A stretch of 62,807 nucleotides of DNA. It comes from Bacteroidota bacterium (GTDB lineage: Bacteria > Bacteroidota > Bacteroidia > Chitinophagales > LD1). The notes under the pieces are model-generated. The model did not search any database and had not been told where the DNA came from. It was given only the letters and a program-made list of their open reading frames with translations. The stretch is from positions 1-62,807 of the forward strand of contig JAZKEP010000044.1 of the NCBI GenBank assembly GCA_040387015.1, given 5' to 3'. Of this stretch, positions 18,366 through 29,158 are shown in pieces; the first letter of the stretch is position 1, and each line of letters begins with the position of its first letter. The position numbers and the translations under genes were made by a program.

Positions 18366-19436
18366 TTATTCCTTTAATCGAATCTTCATTTTCACCGGCT
18401 GGTGGTCGCTGAGATCAAAGCCCATATCCACTCCTTTTACTTCCACTACTTCAATATTCGGTGAGGTGAAGTAGTAATCAATAACGGTAGTAAAAGTTGT
18501 TTTAGGGTCGAAGACAAATTTGTTTTTGCGGTTGGTAGCAACGGTAGAGTCAAACACATAACTCCACCCGGGTACGTAGTTGGCATCGTTGTTTTTCAGA
18601 TAGAGCGCATCATCTTCCGGCTCTTTCTCCCAGGTGTGAACATTAAACGAAGGTGGTGCAATGTTCCAGTCGCCACCCATCACCACATAGTTTCCTTTGG
18701 CGTATTCTTCTTCCAGAATTTTTTTAGTCAAAGCCATCTGTTGCTTTTTCACACTGCCGTCATCATACGCTTCAAAGTGAGTATTAATAATAATTAAATC
18801 CTTTCCGTTGGCGAGATTATATCGCTGCATCAACAGGCAGCGTTCGAGATAAAATATTTTTCGGGGGAAATCTGAAATGCCCGGCAAGGCAATCCGCTTG
18901 CATTCTACCGGAATATATTTTGAAAGTGTTTGCAGCCCCCCGTAAACTTTTCCCATAGGGTCGGTAAATGGAAAGGGCAGATACTTTACATCGTAGTTGG
19001 CAGCAAAAGCATAATTGTGTTCGGGTAAAGCCTTTGCAAATTCTTCTGCTTGGTCAATCTTCCAGCTTCGTTTACTTTCCCTGTCCGACTCCTGTATCAT
19101 GATGAAATCGATATCGCGGTTCTGCCCGAAGAACTTAACCATACCCGCGTTATTCTTCAGCACATGTTCCTTAGGCGAGGTAACCATCTTGCCATCATCA
19201 TAAAAGAAATCAACTTCTTTACCTAAACCCCCATAGCCTACATTCCAAATAAGAAAAGAAAAAGTTGAATCGGTTAACGTTTTAGGACTTTCAATTGCTG
19301 ATTTCGGATTTACAACTGCCACCTCTTCCATGGGGGCTGGTTTAAACTTTGTCACCACTCCAAACAAAATCATTCCACCTACATATAGCATGGCACTCAT
19401 CAAAAGGATACCGACAAATAATAGCGCTTGTTTCAT
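18366..19436 (-). CDS. endonuclease/exonuclease/phosphatase (EEP) family protein, membrane anchored
   Basis: N-terminal TM and terminal LSDHQPV motif. WNVGYGG near the N-terminus. Confidence 0.65.
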   Translation of the reverse strand: MKQALLFVGILLMSAMLYVGGMILFGVVTKFKPAPMEEVAVVNPKSAIESPKTLTDSTFSFLIWNVGYGGLGKEVDFFYDDGKMVTSPKEHVLKNNAGMVKFFGQNRDIDFIMIQESDRESKRSWKIDQAEEFAKALPEHNYAFAANYDVKYLPFPFTDPMGKVYGGLQTLSKYIPVECKRIALPGISDFPRKIFYLERCLLMQRYNLANGKDLIIINTHFEAYDDGSVKKQQMALTKKILEEEYAKGNYVVMGGDWNIAPPSFNVHTWEKEPEDDALYLKNNDANYVPGWSYVFDSTVATNRKNKFVFDPKTTFTTVIDYYFTSPNIEVVEVKGVDMGFDLSDHQPVKMKIRLKE

Positions 19437-19500
19437 GCGTATAAATTTGTTGCAAGATAATTCTACATTTGAAAAACACTCAAATCATTAAATCATAATC

Positions 19501-20331
19501 ATGAATCATTTCGAATGGAGCTGGCAACAAGAGGGAGAAACATTTTTTGCGCAGGGATGGAACCCGCCACAAACAAAAGGTGTGGTTTGCATTGTTCACG
19601 GATTCAATGAGCACAGTACCCGCTATACACATGTAGCCGAAAGACTATGCGCGGCAGGTTATGCAGTTCTTACGTATGATGAATTCGGACATGGAAAAAC
19701 CACAGGCAAACGCGGTCACGCCCCATCGTATGATTCATTTCTTGATTCGGTAAAATTTGTTCTTGATGAGGCTGAAAATCGCTTCCCCGGTGTAAAGAAA
19801 TTTTTGTGGGGACACAGCATGGGTGGAGGGATTGTAACGAATTACGTATTGCGTAAACAGCCGAACATTGCAGGAGCAATTGCAACAGGTCCTCTTTTCA
19901 AATTAGGATTTGAGCCGCCCGCTTTCAAAGTTTTTCTTGCCAAGATGATGGTAAACATTTATCCCGCTTTCACCGAAAAGGCGGAATTAGATTCCTCGGC
20001 TATTTCGCGCGACCCGAACGAAGTGCGCAAATACGATGCTGACCCTCACAACCATGGAAAAATTACAGCAGGGACTTTTCTCGGATTTTTTGAGGCGGGC
20101 AAATGGGCGCTGGCGCATGCTTCGGAATTAAAAATTCCCATGTTGCTGATGCACGGTACAGCCGATAAACTAACTTCTCCGGTAGGCACTAAAGAATTTG
20201 CCGCCAATACTCCAAAGAATTTAGTAACCCTTAAACTTTGGGAGGGTTTCTATCACGAACTTCATAACGAACCGGAGCCCGATAGAACGGAGGCCATAGC
20301 TTATATCATCAATTGGCTTAACGGGAAATAG
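19501..20331 (+). CDS. alpha/beta hydrolase (lysophospholipase / monoacylglycerol lipase-like)
   Basis: Nucleophile elbow GHSMGG and HGFNEHS. Confidence 0.7.
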   Translation: MNHFEWSWQQEGETFFAQGWNPPQTKGVVCIVHGFNEHSTRYTHVAERLCAAGYAVLTYDEFGHGKTTGKRGHAPSYDSFLDSVKFVLDEAENRFPGVKKFLWGHSMGGGIVTNYVLRKQPNIAGAIATGPLFKLGFEPPAFKVFLAKMMVNIYPAFTEKAELDSSAISRDPNEVRKYDADPHNHGKITAGTFLGFFEAGKWALAHASELKIPMLLMHGTADKLTSPVGTKEFAANTPKNLVTLKLWEGFYHELHNEPEPDRTEAIAYIINWLNGK

Positions 20332-20353
20332 CTGGCCGATAGTTAGATATGTT

Positions 20354-20965
20354 ATGCGCAAAATCTTTATCCTGCTTCTTTTTTTATTGCTCATAACTTC
20401 TGTATCCTATTATTACCGGGCCCCCATACTTAGTTCCGTTGCAAAATTTTTGATAAAGGAAGATAGCCTGCAACAGGCCGATGCTTTATTTGTTTTGTCC
20501 GGAGCCGGATATGAACGCGGCAATGAAGCAGCTAAGATTTTTAAAAACGGATTTGTTCCTAAAGTTGTATGCACCGGGGCCAACCTTCAGGTAGAGTTCA
20601 AAGTATTCAATATTGACACACTCGAAAGCGATGTGACTGTAGCTAATCTTAAAAGATTAGGTCTTACCAATTCGCAGATTGTAAAAATTCCAGAAGGCAC
20701 CAGCACCCGCGAGGAATCAAACGTAATACTGGATTATTGCCTGAAGAACAATCTTAAAAGAATAATGATTGTTTCATCAAAGATGCACACACGCAGAGTG
20801 GGTACAGTTTTCAGAGAGAAGTTTGAAAATGCGGGAATACTCCTTATCGTGCGCGGTGCGCCTCCACTAAGCTTTGATGAAATGCGGTGGTGGCAACATG
20901 AAGACGGCATGATTGGCGTAAACAACGAGTGGATGAAAACTATATACTACTGGCTAAAATATTAA
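20354..20965 (+). CDS. YdcF/DUF218 family protein
   Basis: N-terminal TM. LFVLSGAGYERGNEAAKIF...KVVCTG resembles the DUF218 core. Confidence 0.55.
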   Translation: MRKIFILLLFLLLITSVSYYYRAPILSSVAKFLIKEDSLQQADALFVLSGAGYERGNEAAKIFKNGFVPKVVCTGANLQVEFKVFNIDTLESDVTVANLKRLGLTNSQIVKIPEGTSTREESNVILDYCLKNNLKRIMIVSSKMHTRRVGTVFREKFENAGILLIVRGAPPLSFDEMRWWQHEDGMIGVNNEWMKTIYYWLKY

Positions 20966-21870
20966 AACAAATTCAACTTATCTGCATTCAGCAAGTTAGG
21001 CCCCTTTAAGTGCAGGCCACATTTTTTATTCAACTTCTCAATCACATAAGCACTTAACTCCGGTGAGTACAACTCATCGTGCTGATGAATAAAAAAATAA
21101 AGTGTTTGCAAGCCGCTGCCTAACCATGTATCAATCCGGTTTATCCAGTCATCTATTCTTTGGTAATCGCTTTTATGTAAACTGTTTCCTACGAAACGGA
21201 TAAATGCCGTTGGTGTAGTCAGCTTCATATGCATCACATCTCTTCTTCCCGCAGTGTCGGTAATTACAGAACTTACTCCCAGCTCGCGCATAGCATCATA
21301 CGTTTCATTTACCTCGGTAGAATCAACACTAAAATCAGGATGACGGAATTCGATAGCCACATCAAAGTCGCGGGGAAGAGATTTTAAGTATTCCTGAATG
21401 CGGTCAGCAAACTTTGGTGCGAAACGTTCATCAAGCTGAATAAACGAAGTGCCGAGTTTTTTGCCGAAGGCAGAATAAGCATCGAGCAATTCATCAGTTT
21501 CTTTCTCTACATTATTTAATCGCTTGATGTGTGTAATGACGCTTGTGAACTTTGGACAAAATTTAAAATCATCGCCCGCAGTATTTGTCCATTTCTCTAT
21601 GGTGCTTTTCGGAAACAGGCGATAGAACAGCGCGTTTAGCTCAATGCTATTGTAATGCTCCACATAGTTTTTCAGGAAATCTGCTTCTTTCGTTTTAAGC
21701 GGATAAAGTTTTCCTATCCAGTCTTTTCTGCCCCATTTAGCACAGCCGATATATACTTCCGGCTTCGTATTTTTCTTTTTCAACTCTTTAAAAAGCTGAG
21801 TGGTAATGCGATGATCTTCAGGGAAAGTAAAGTCAACTTGGTTTACATCAGGAACGCGTCCAAAATCCAT
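20962..21870 (-). CDS. DUF72 family protein
   Basis: VYIGCAKWGRKDWIGKLYP N-terminal signature. 302 aa. Confidence 0.6.
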   Translation of the reverse strand: MDFGRVPDVNQVDFTFPEDHRITTQLFKELKKKNTKPEVYIGCAKWGRKDWIGKLYPLKTKEADFLKNYVEHYNSIELNALFYRLFPKSTIEKWTNTAGDDFKFCPKFTSVITHIKRLNNVEKETDELLDAYSAFGKKLGTSFIQLDERFAPKFADRIQEYLKSLPRDFDVAIEFRHPDFSVDSTEVNETYDAMRELGVSSVITDTAGRRDVMHMKLTTPTAFIRFVGNSLHKSDYQRIDDWINRIDTWLGSGLQTLYFFIHQHDELYSPELSAYVIEKLNKKCGLHLKGPNLLNADKLNLF

Positions 21871-21904
21871 AGCAAAATTTTAGACGTGAAAATAGAGAAA
21901 TCAT

Positions 21905-22786
21905 CTACACAATTTCGGGAACGGAGGCAATGAATTTCGAAATCTCTTCTGCCAAAACTTCACCTGCTTCTTCCTGCACAAAGTGACCTGCATTTTCTAT
22001 GGCTGTAAATCTGCTGTCAGGAAAATTTTCTTTCCACGTGGGTAATAAAACTACTGCAGGAACAAATTTATCTTTCATACCCCATAGGATATGCATGGGA
22101 ATATTTTTCAATCTATGTCGCTGATGCCATAGATATTGCATGTGCGTATGTTCACCTACTAATGATTTGGCAAGTGTGTAAGCAGCCCAACGTGCTTCGC
22201 GGCTTTGCATTGGCGCGAGGTAATGATTGTAAATTTCTGCCGGCAGGTTCTTTTTATCGGCATAAGAATTCTTGAGCATAAAACGTACAGAGAAATTGAG
22301 TTGTAGATAGAGAAATTTTCCGAACCAATTATTTACCACTTTATCGCCCGTATCAAAATGTTTAATTCCTTTCAGCGGCCACATCCAGGTGTTGAAGAGT
22401 GTTATGCTTTTTATGTTCTGCGGTTCTTCAATTGCATAACTCAAACCGATAGGCCCTCCAAAATCATGAACAACAAAATGGATATTTTTTAAATAGAGCT
22501 GATGAATAAAACTTTTCAGCCGCTCGGCATGAGCTGCAATGGTAAGTTCAGCACTTTCAGTTTTGTCGCTTAGGCCAAAGCCCAGATGGTCGGGTGCTAC
22601 ACAACGATAATTTTTCGAAAGCATCTTTATCTGTTCTCGCCAGCCAAAACTCCAATCGGGAATTCCGTGAACGAACAGAATCGTATCGCCTTTCCCTTCA
22701 TCTATATAATGTATTTTATGTCCATCAATATTCAGGTAACGATTCGTAAACGGATACTCCTTTGTATCGAGCCATGCAGGTTCCAT
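21905..22786 (-). CDS. alpha/beta hydrolase (haloalkane dehalogenase / epoxide hydrolase-like)
   Basis: LFVHGIPDWSFGWR and VHDFGG. Confidence 0.7.
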   Translation of the reverse strand: MEPAWLDTKEYPFTNRYLNIDGHKIHYIDEGKGDTILFVHGIPDWSFGWREQIKMLSKNYRCVAPDHLGFGLSDKTESAELTIAAHAERLKSFIHQLYLKNIHFVVHDFGGPIGLSYAIEEPQNIKSITLFNTWMWPLKGIKHFDTGDKVVNNWFGKFLYLQLNFSVRFMLKNSYADKKNLPAEIYNHYLAPMQSREARWAAYTLAKSLVGEHTHMQYLWHQRHRLKNIPMHILWGMKDKFVPAVVLLPTWKENFPDSRFTAIENAGHFVQEEAGEVLAEEISKFIASVPEIV

Positions 22787-22937
22787 GTGTTTGGTTTTAA
22801 TTAGAAGTCAAAAGTAAACACACCAAAAGCACTAGAGCAATTGATTTATCTGAACGGCTCTTAGAACAGCCTGACACAGCAGAATCTATGTTTGAGTGGG
22901 TTAAAACGACTAAATATCTTTCTTTTTGGTCAGTTAT

Positions 22938-23147
22938 GGCGAATCCTACTTCAAGCGTATCTAACTATACCTTAAAGGTTCGAAACTAATCATCAATTAT
23001 TCCTAACCGTTCTTTCAAAGTGGCTAACTATAGTTACGTTGTATATATCTTTACTTTTGAAGTGGGTACCTATACTTCTGAAGCGGGTATCTACACCTTG
23101 CTAGTATATAATTGTATCCTTTTCTTATATTCGGAAGGTAATTTCTG
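22938..23147. repeat. array B: about 10 strongly degenerate 21-bp units in register
   Basis: Units 7/8 (gggtacctatacttctgaagc / gggtatctacaccttgctagt) and units 2/5 (atctaactataccttaaaggt / ggctaactatagttacgttgt) each match at 13 of 21 positions at exact 21-bp multiples. Unit 3 contains TCGAAACTAAT, resembling the array A core. Confidence 0.4.
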
Positions 23148-23203
23148 CATAACCGGACAAAAGAAATGCTCATTTCAACGATTACTCATCAAAATCTAAA
23201 ATC

Positions 23204-23458
23204 ATGAAAAAGCTTACTGCCGAGGAAAAAGCCAAATTTATAACCCGACCGATGAAACGCCAAGGGTATGTCCGCACTTTACTAATGAATATGAAACCCG
23301 GGGACATCATTTTGCTGGAACTAGTGGAGTGGAAATGGAAAACAAAGTCGCCTTCCTTTTTATGCAGGCGGGTAGAAGAAGATAATACCGGATGGAAATT
23401 TGAGTGTGAAAAAATTGTACAGGGCGGTAGCGGATGGATTATAACGCGGACAAAATAA
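23204..23458 (+). CDS. hypothetical small protein
   Basis: 84-aa ORF with no recognised motif. Confidence 0.4.
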   Translation: MKKLTAEEKAKFITRPMKRQGYVRTLLMNMKPGDIILLELVEWKWKTKSPSFLCRRVEEDNTGWKFECEKIVQGGSGWIITRTK

Positions 23459-23464
23459 AACCCG

Positions 23465-24337
23465 CTAATTCCGGTGGTCGCTGCCCCAGTTCAATTTTGT
23501 TTTTAGGGCGGTAAGAAAACTTTGATCGGTAAGGCGCACCAAATGCGCATGGTAGTTTGCCTTTTTAATTGCTAACTGAAAAGAGGAATCAATGGCCTTG
23601 TAACGCGCATCGAGCGTGCAGAGAAAACTATCGCCACGCCCGGTTATTTCAAAAGAAAGAATTGAATCATCGTTCACCACCATAGGGCGCACATTAAGGT
23701 TGTGCGGGGCCACGGGAGTAATTACAAAATTGCCCGATGCCGGATAAAGTATGGGGCCACCGCAGCTTAGCGAGTAGCCGGTAGAGCCGGTAGGAGTTGA
23801 AATAATAACACCATCGGCCCAGTAAGTATTCAGCAACTCGCCATTCAAATAAGCATTCACTGTAATCATGCTGCTTTGGTCTCTTCGCTGAATGGTCATG
23901 TCGTTCAGCGCAATATTATCTTCAAACAAAGGCTTGTTGGTTTGAAGCTCAAGAAGGGTGCGCTTGTCAATCATGTAAGTGCCCTTTTCAATGGCATCTA
24001 CGGCCGCGTGAATTTGGTCTTTACCAAGGCTGGCAAGAAACCCCAGCCTGCCAAAGTTAATCCCAAGGATTGGGATTTCAGATTCTTTTATCATCACAAC
24101 AGCTTCGAGAATAGTGCCATCGCCACCCATGCTGAATACCACTTCGGTGTTTGCTTTCACATCATCGAAATTTTCAAACACATCGGCTTTAATATTCAGC
24201 TTCAAATCTTCTTTCATTAAGTGAAAGAATTTTTTCTCCACTACAAACTTCATTTTTTTCTGTTCCAGGTAATCGAACAGTTCTTGTGCGTGGACGGTGT
24301 TGTCTTTGTTGAAGGTTTTTCCGAAGATGGCAATCAT
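23465..24337 (-). CDS. nadK: NAD kinase
   Basis: GGDGT motif (SMGGDGTILEA) and PTGSTGYSLS. Confidence 0.9.
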   Translation of the reverse strand: MIAIFGKTFNKDNTVHAQELFDYLEQKKMKFVVEKKFFHLMKEDLKLNIKADVFENFDDVKANTEVVFSMGGDGTILEAVVMIKESEIPILGINFGRLGFLASLGKDQIHAAVDAIEKGTYMIDKRTLLELQTNKPLFEDNIALNDMTIQRRDQSSMITVNAYLNGELLNTYWADGVIISTPTGSTGYSLSCGGPILYPASGNFVITPVAPHNLNVRPMVVNDDSILSFEITGRGDSFLCTLDARYKAIDSSFQLAIKKANYHAHLVRLTDQSFLTALKTKLNWGSDHRN

Positions 24338-24363
24338 GATGGAAAAATAGAAATTGTTTTCTG

Positions 24364-26886
24364 TTAGAAGCTTGGTTTCAAAACAAATTTGATAGCCCAG
24401 TTCTGCCCGCCATTATTGCGGTAGGTAGCGCGCCATAAAAAATCTACACGAAACAGATAAAGAATATTTTCAATGCCAAAACCCACCTCTACATATGGAA
24501 TTTTACTGGGCGATGTCAACTCGGCAGGTACGGTCAACAGCTCCCTGTTTTTCTGAGTAAAGCTACCCATCAGTCCCTTAAAAATTATTATCTCCCGCAG
24601 TTTCAATTTATTAATACCCGGAATTTTGTTGAAGAAAAATCCGTTGAAGTGGTGTTCGACCCAAACCTGCGCGTACTGGTCGGTTACAAATTCAAATTCA
24701 CGCAACAGGTTATAGTTGTATCTGTCTAAAAACACACCGATATTACCCTGTGTCAAATAGCAGGACGTATAAGGTGCGCGACCCAAAACTTTTCCGGCTT
24801 TAACTTCGTAGTTGGTGTAGCCGATAGCCGAAAACAAACGCTGCTTGAAGGTAAAAAGCATATTATGCGAATTAAAATGCTGGCCTCGTATATCTCCTAT
24901 ATTGAGCGTGTACCGAAACATTACTACCGGGTATTTAGTAGTTGCGTAATAACGGTAAAACACTCCTGCTGTATATAAGGTTTTGCGCGAGTACCGGCTA
25001 TCAACGACAAACTCGGTCACATTAAATTTCTTAATGGGCAGCAAAACATTGTTTACTTCTTGAGAGAAATCAGAAACACCCGGCACATCGAAATAGGTTT
25101 TTTCTTTAAAACCAATAATGGTTGAAAAATCCTTAAACCAATCCTTATCAACCGAAATGCCGAATTCGGTCACCTTCATCAATTTACTAAAAACTCTTCC
25201 GCTGGCGAGGGTTATAACGTTATCAAACGAAAGAAGCGTTTGACTTTCATCCTGCCCCGGCACTTTAATATCATACCTGTAAAATGCTTCGAGCGAATTC
25301 CATCGGTCGTTTTTCCTTGGCAGGTTAATACGCATCAGGGCCATGTATTTATAATCTTTATCCTTAAACCCATAGGCGCCATAGCCGGTGAGATAAAAGG
25401 TGCGGAAGAAATTATTGACGGGTGTTCCTATTGGCATAAACCGCGAGCGGGTTTCTAAACCAAACCGAACCCGATATCCCTCTACATTATTTTTGCTGAT
25501 GAAATTCAGAACACGGCCTATGCTAACCGGCCCTGCATCGGCAAAGGCAGAGGTAAAAAATACTCCCAGCCATTGATACATTTTGAAGGCAGGTACTTTT
25601 TGAAAGGTGTCAGCAATTTCAAAAACTCTTTTCTGCGAGGGGCTTAAGGGAGAAAAACGCGCGGTGTCCCAATAAGAGCGAGGACGCAATCGAGCGCTGT
25701 CCAACAAAATTTTTTCCTCCGGACCCGAAAAGATAGTGTCAGGAAAGTCAACATTGGTTTCGAAATTTCTTTTCTCTACCAATTTCTGAATATACATCCC
25801 AAGCTTATTCCGCTTTTTGAAAAGCGAGCCAACCGAACTTATATCTTCTCGGCTCTTCATCCAATACTTTCCATCCACTAAAGTAAAATCCACCTTGGCA
25901 TCATAATCATTTACAAAATTCAAATTTGCTTTTTCATTAGGGCGATATTGTATGTAGCGAATTGCCCAGGTAGCGGAATCAATCCACGCGTAACCTTTTA
26001 ATGCCAGGTCTTCTTTTGTTTTTCCTACAAAATGAAGTTTATACGAAACCCTTCCGTCAATTTTCAAAGTATCGGTAAGGTAGTAATGATAAATACCCAA
26101 ACCTATCGGTGCAAACGGAGCGCTGAAAAAAGTTCTGGCAAAGTAGTACAGGTTATCATACGGATCATTTTCACGAAACTCCACCTCCACCAGATTATAG
26201 ACCGTAGGATTGTTTACACCTGTCATCTTTTCGGCTTTCATAATAACCCGCTGCTGTTTCCTCGGTTGGGTTCGGCTATATACATCGCTGATGTTTTCTT
26301 TAATCACACCAGGTATATACATGCTTCCCGTTTCGGTGGTATCTTTATTGGCAAACGCAAAACCAAATGGCCGGAACAAAGCAAAGTTCTGAAATTTTTC
26401 AGATGGATTTAATAAGGAGATTTGAAAGCGGTCATAGTTTTCGTATTTATAACTGACCAGATTATTTACTCTGTTTTGGTCTTTATGTTTAAGCACCTGA
26501 TAGAAAACATAATTTGCGGTTGTATCAATCACCCGTTTTTTTTTCTTCCCAGCCTTCACCGTAATCTCGACCAGTTTCAATTCATCTGAACCCATTTCAA
26601 TATTCAGCTCTTGTGTACCTCCTCGTTTTATGTGAACTGTTCTGGTTCTGAATCCGATGTATGAGAAGGAAATAGAATCAACTCTTTCCGAAGAACGAAT
26701 GCGATATTCACCTTTCGGATCGGTCAAAGTTGCCTTCAGTAAACCTAAGCGGACATTTACATAGGGTATTGGTTCCTTATTAGAGGCATCGATTACCGTT
26801 CCATAGATTTCCGTAACGATCTGAGCGGTTGAAACTTTCGTGAGAAGAACAAATAAAAAGAAAATGCAATGCCTGTGAATTCTCAT
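24364..26886 (-). CDS. CarboxypepD_reg-like domain plus DUF5686-like large outer-membrane-type protein
   Basis: Signal peptide and an N-terminal IYGTVIDASNKEPIPYVNVRL regulatory-like domain. 840 aa, beta-rich, ends in F. Confidence 0.55.
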   Translation of the reverse strand: MRIHRHCIFFLFVLLTKVSTAQIVTEIYGTVIDASNKEPIPYVNVRLGLLKATLTDPKGEYRIRSSERVDSISFSYIGFRTRTVHIKRGGTQELNIEMGSDELKLVEITVKAGKKKKRVIDTTANYVFYQVLKHKDQNRVNNLVSYKYENYDRFQISLLNPSEKFQNFALFRPFGFAFANKDTTETGSMYIPGVIKENISDVYSRTQPRKQQRVIMKAEKMTGVNNPTVYNLVEVEFRENDPYDNLYYFARTFFSAPFAPIGLGIYHYYLTDTLKIDGRVSYKLHFVGKTKEDLALKGYAWIDSATWAIRYIQYRPNEKANLNFVNDYDAKVDFTLVDGKYWMKSREDISSVGSLFKKRNKLGMYIQKLVEKRNFETNVDFPDTIFSGPEEKILLDSARLRPRSYWDTARFSPLSPSQKRVFEIADTFQKVPAFKMYQWLGVFFTSAFADAGPVSIGRVLNFISKNNVEGYRVRFGLETRSRFMPIGTPVNNFFRTFYLTGYGAYGFKDKDYKYMALMRINLPRKNDRWNSLEAFYRYDIKVPGQDESQTLLSFDNVITLASGRVFSKLMKVTEFGISVDKDWFKDFSTIIGFKEKTYFDVPGVSDFSQEVNNVLLPIKKFNVTEFVVDSRYSRKTLYTAGVFYRYYATTKYPVVMFRYTLNIGDIRGQHFNSHNMLFTFKQRLFSAIGYTNYEVKAGKVLGRAPYTSCYLTQGNIGVFLDRYNYNLLREFEFVTDQYAQVWVEHHFNGFFFNKIPGINKLKLREIIIFKGLMGSFTQKNRELLTVPAELTSPSKIPYVEVGFGIENILYLFRVDFLWRATYRNNGGQNWAIKFVLKPSF

Positions 26887-26951
26887 TTTTTCGAGGCGTA
26901 AAAATATAAGAATTAAGGATGGGTAAGCCGCAGTGAGTGAAAGAAAGTTAC

Positions 26952-27614
26952 TTACACATTCAGATAGCGCATCAATGAATCGTACCGGTCTTTCAGATCT
27001 TCGGTGTATTCCACATCGTTATAAACGGCTTTGACATGATACTCATAACGCTCGAAGGCAGCAACAATTGCGACCACTTCTGTTGTGTTTAGCTTTAGTG
27101 TTATTTCGGCCTTATTCTCCTCCTGATTGATGTGGGTATAAAGACAAAATATATCCGCTTCATTTTCTTCCACTATTCTGGAAATTTCAGAAAGAGAATA
27201 GTTGCTTACAGGAATCTCCAGCTCAATAATTCCTCCCGGATCTTTTACCGAATTCAAAACTGCGAAAGCGCGCAAACAACTTTCCGCAGAAATAAGCCCC
27301 ATGTATTTATGCTCTTCATCAATAACAGGAATTACCCGAACATTGAATTCGAGCGCTGCTTTCATTACATCAAAAATGTGGGCAGTATCTTTTACAAATG
27401 GCTGGCGAAATGCCTGACTGAAATTTTTGAGTGATTTACTCAAATGTTTCATGTTGATGATATCTTCCATAATTACCAAACCCGCGTAACTGTTTCCATC
27501 TACTACAGGTAGCTGGCTTACATTATACTCGTGCATAAGCATTAAAGCCTGCTCTCCGCTATCATCCATGTGAAGCGGAGGTATTGAGTGAGATATCAGG
27601 TGAGGAGCTATCAT
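26952..27614 (-). CDS. CBS domain pair protein
   Basis: Two CBS-like segments (VSQLPVVDGNSYAGLV and VRVIPVIDEEHKYMGLI). Confidence 0.6.
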   Translation of the reverse strand: MIAPHLISHSIPPLHMDDSGEQALMLMHEYNVSQLPVVDGNSYAGLVIMEDIINMKHLSKSLKNFSQAFRQPFVKDTAHIFDVMKAALEFNVRVIPVIDEEHKYMGLISAESCLRAFAVLNSVKDPGGIIELEIPVSNYSLSEISRIVEENEADIFCLYTHINQEENKAEITLKLNTTEVVAIVAAFERYEYHVKAVYNDVEYTEDLKDRYDSLMRYLNV

Positions 27615-27724
27615 TTTTATTTTAATACTATTATATAGACGTAAAAACCGTGCAAAAGGTTTAAATTTTTAGTTTGTAAAAGCATTATTGGCATAATATA
27701 ACATACCCGATTCATCGTACAACG

Positions 27725-28489
27725 TCACTTAGACGTATAGCGTATCAAAAAATTATCCAAAATATTATTGAACTCCACCGGCTGCTCCATCATTGGCGCA
27801 TGACAACATTTTTCTATCATATGTAGCTCGGAATCAGGCAGAAGCTTGTGAAATTCTTCAGCTACAAACGGAGGAGTAATTGTGTCCTCCTTTCCCCATA
27901 TCAAGCAAACCGGCACATTCATTTTAGGAACGTCCTCGCGAAGGTTATGACGCAACGCTGATTTTGCCATAGAAACAAGCCGGATTACTTTACCACGATT
28001 ATTCACTATTTCAAAAACTTCATCCGTCAGTTCTTTGGTAGCCATTGTAGGATCGTAAAAGGTTGCTTCGGTTTTCTTCCTCACATACTCATAGTCGCTT
28101 TTGCGAGGGTATGTGTCACCTAAAGAATTTTCAAACAAACCGGAACTACCGGTGAGTGTCATGGTTTTTACTTTTTCGGGTCTGCGCAAATAGTAAATCT
28201 GTGCAATATGCCCCCCCAGCGAATTGCCGATGAGATGGATTTTGTCATATCCTTTATACTCCACAAATTGATCTACATAATCAACCATGCCGGTTACAGT
28301 AGTTTGATCCAGCTCCAAATCATACAGAGGCAAAAGAGGAATGGATACTTTATACCGGGGAGAAAAATAATTAATGAGTTCGTTGAAGTTGCTGAGCGCA
28401 CCGAACAAACCGTGCAGCAAAACTATGGCCTCGCCATTTCCTTCTTCGCAGTATTTGAATTGTTGCTCATGCTTTACCAAAAAACTCAT
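27725..28489 (-). CDS. alpha/beta hydrolase
   Basis: LLHGLFG and nucleophile elbow GNSLGG. Confidence 0.7.
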   Translation of the reverse strand: MSFLVKHEQQFKYCEEGNGEAIVLLHGLFGALSNFNELINYFSPRYKVSIPLLPLYDLELDQTTVTGMVDYVDQFVEYKGYDKIHLIGNSLGGHIAQIYYLRRPEKVKTMTLTGSSGLFENSLGDTYPRKSDYEYVRKKTEATFYDPTMATKELTDEVFEIVNNRGKVIRLVSMAKSALRHNLREDVPKMNVPVCLIWGKEDTITPPFVAEEFHKLLPDSELHMIEKCCHAPMMEQPVEFNNILDNFLIRYTSK

Positions 28490-28592
28490 TGTGTGCTGTT
28501 GCTTCGGCCAAAAGTAATTTTTTGAAGAGAAAACAAAATCTGTTCCGTGTTAACTTATATGAACAGAATAAATTTCTTGTAGTATGCACTAA

Positions 28593-29156
28593 TCAAATCG
28601 AATCGAACCAATTCTTCATCAGCTGCAGACCGTTGGGGGTAAGCACAGATTCCGGATGAAACTGTACGCCTGCTATCTTCAATTCCGGATGAGCTATTGC
28701 CATTATCTCCTCTTCCTTTGTAGATGCAATGATTTGCAAATTCGTTTTCTCCACCTCTTTAAGAACAAGTGAATGATAACGCATTACTTCAAATTCATCC
28801 GGCAGATTTTTGAAGAGAGGATGGTTGGTATGTGTAATGTTCGATGTTTTTCCGTGCATCGGCTTTATTGCCTTTGCAAGTTTTGCTCCAAAGAATTCGC
28901 CTATTGCCTGATGACCGAGACAAATTCCAAGAATAGGTTTTGATGCGTGAAAGTGTTCAATAAACTTCATCGTTATCCCCGCGTGCTGCGGAGTTTTGGG
29001 CCCCGGAGAAATGATAGTTGATGAAAAATCAAGTTCCTCCATTTCTTCCAAACTCATTTCATCATTGCGCACCACTTTACATTCCAGACCTAACTGTAAA
29101 ACATAATCGCGGAGCATGTATGTGAAAGAATCGTAGTTGTCGAGGAGGAGAACCAC
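28593..29156 (-). CDS. glutamine amidotransferase, anthranilate/aminodeoxychorismate synthase component II
   Basis: GICLGHQ and FHPES catalytic motifs. 187 aa. Confidence 0.85.
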   Translation of the reverse strand: MVLLLDNYDSFTYMLRDYVLQLGLECKVVRNDEMSLEEMEELDFSSTIISPGPKTPQHAGITMKFIEHFHASKPILGICLGHQAIGEFFGAKLAKAIKPMHGKTSNITHTNHPLFKNLPDEFEVMRYHSLVLKEVEKTNLQIIASTKEEEIMAIAHPELKIAGVQFHPESVLTPNGLQLMKNWFDSI

Positions 29157-29158
29157 GG

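Noticed and set aside
22975-22992. AGGTTCGAAAC resembling a tRNA T-arm.
   Set aside because: No acceptor stem, anticodon arm or D-arm can be built from the flanks. It is one unit of the 21-bp repeat tract.
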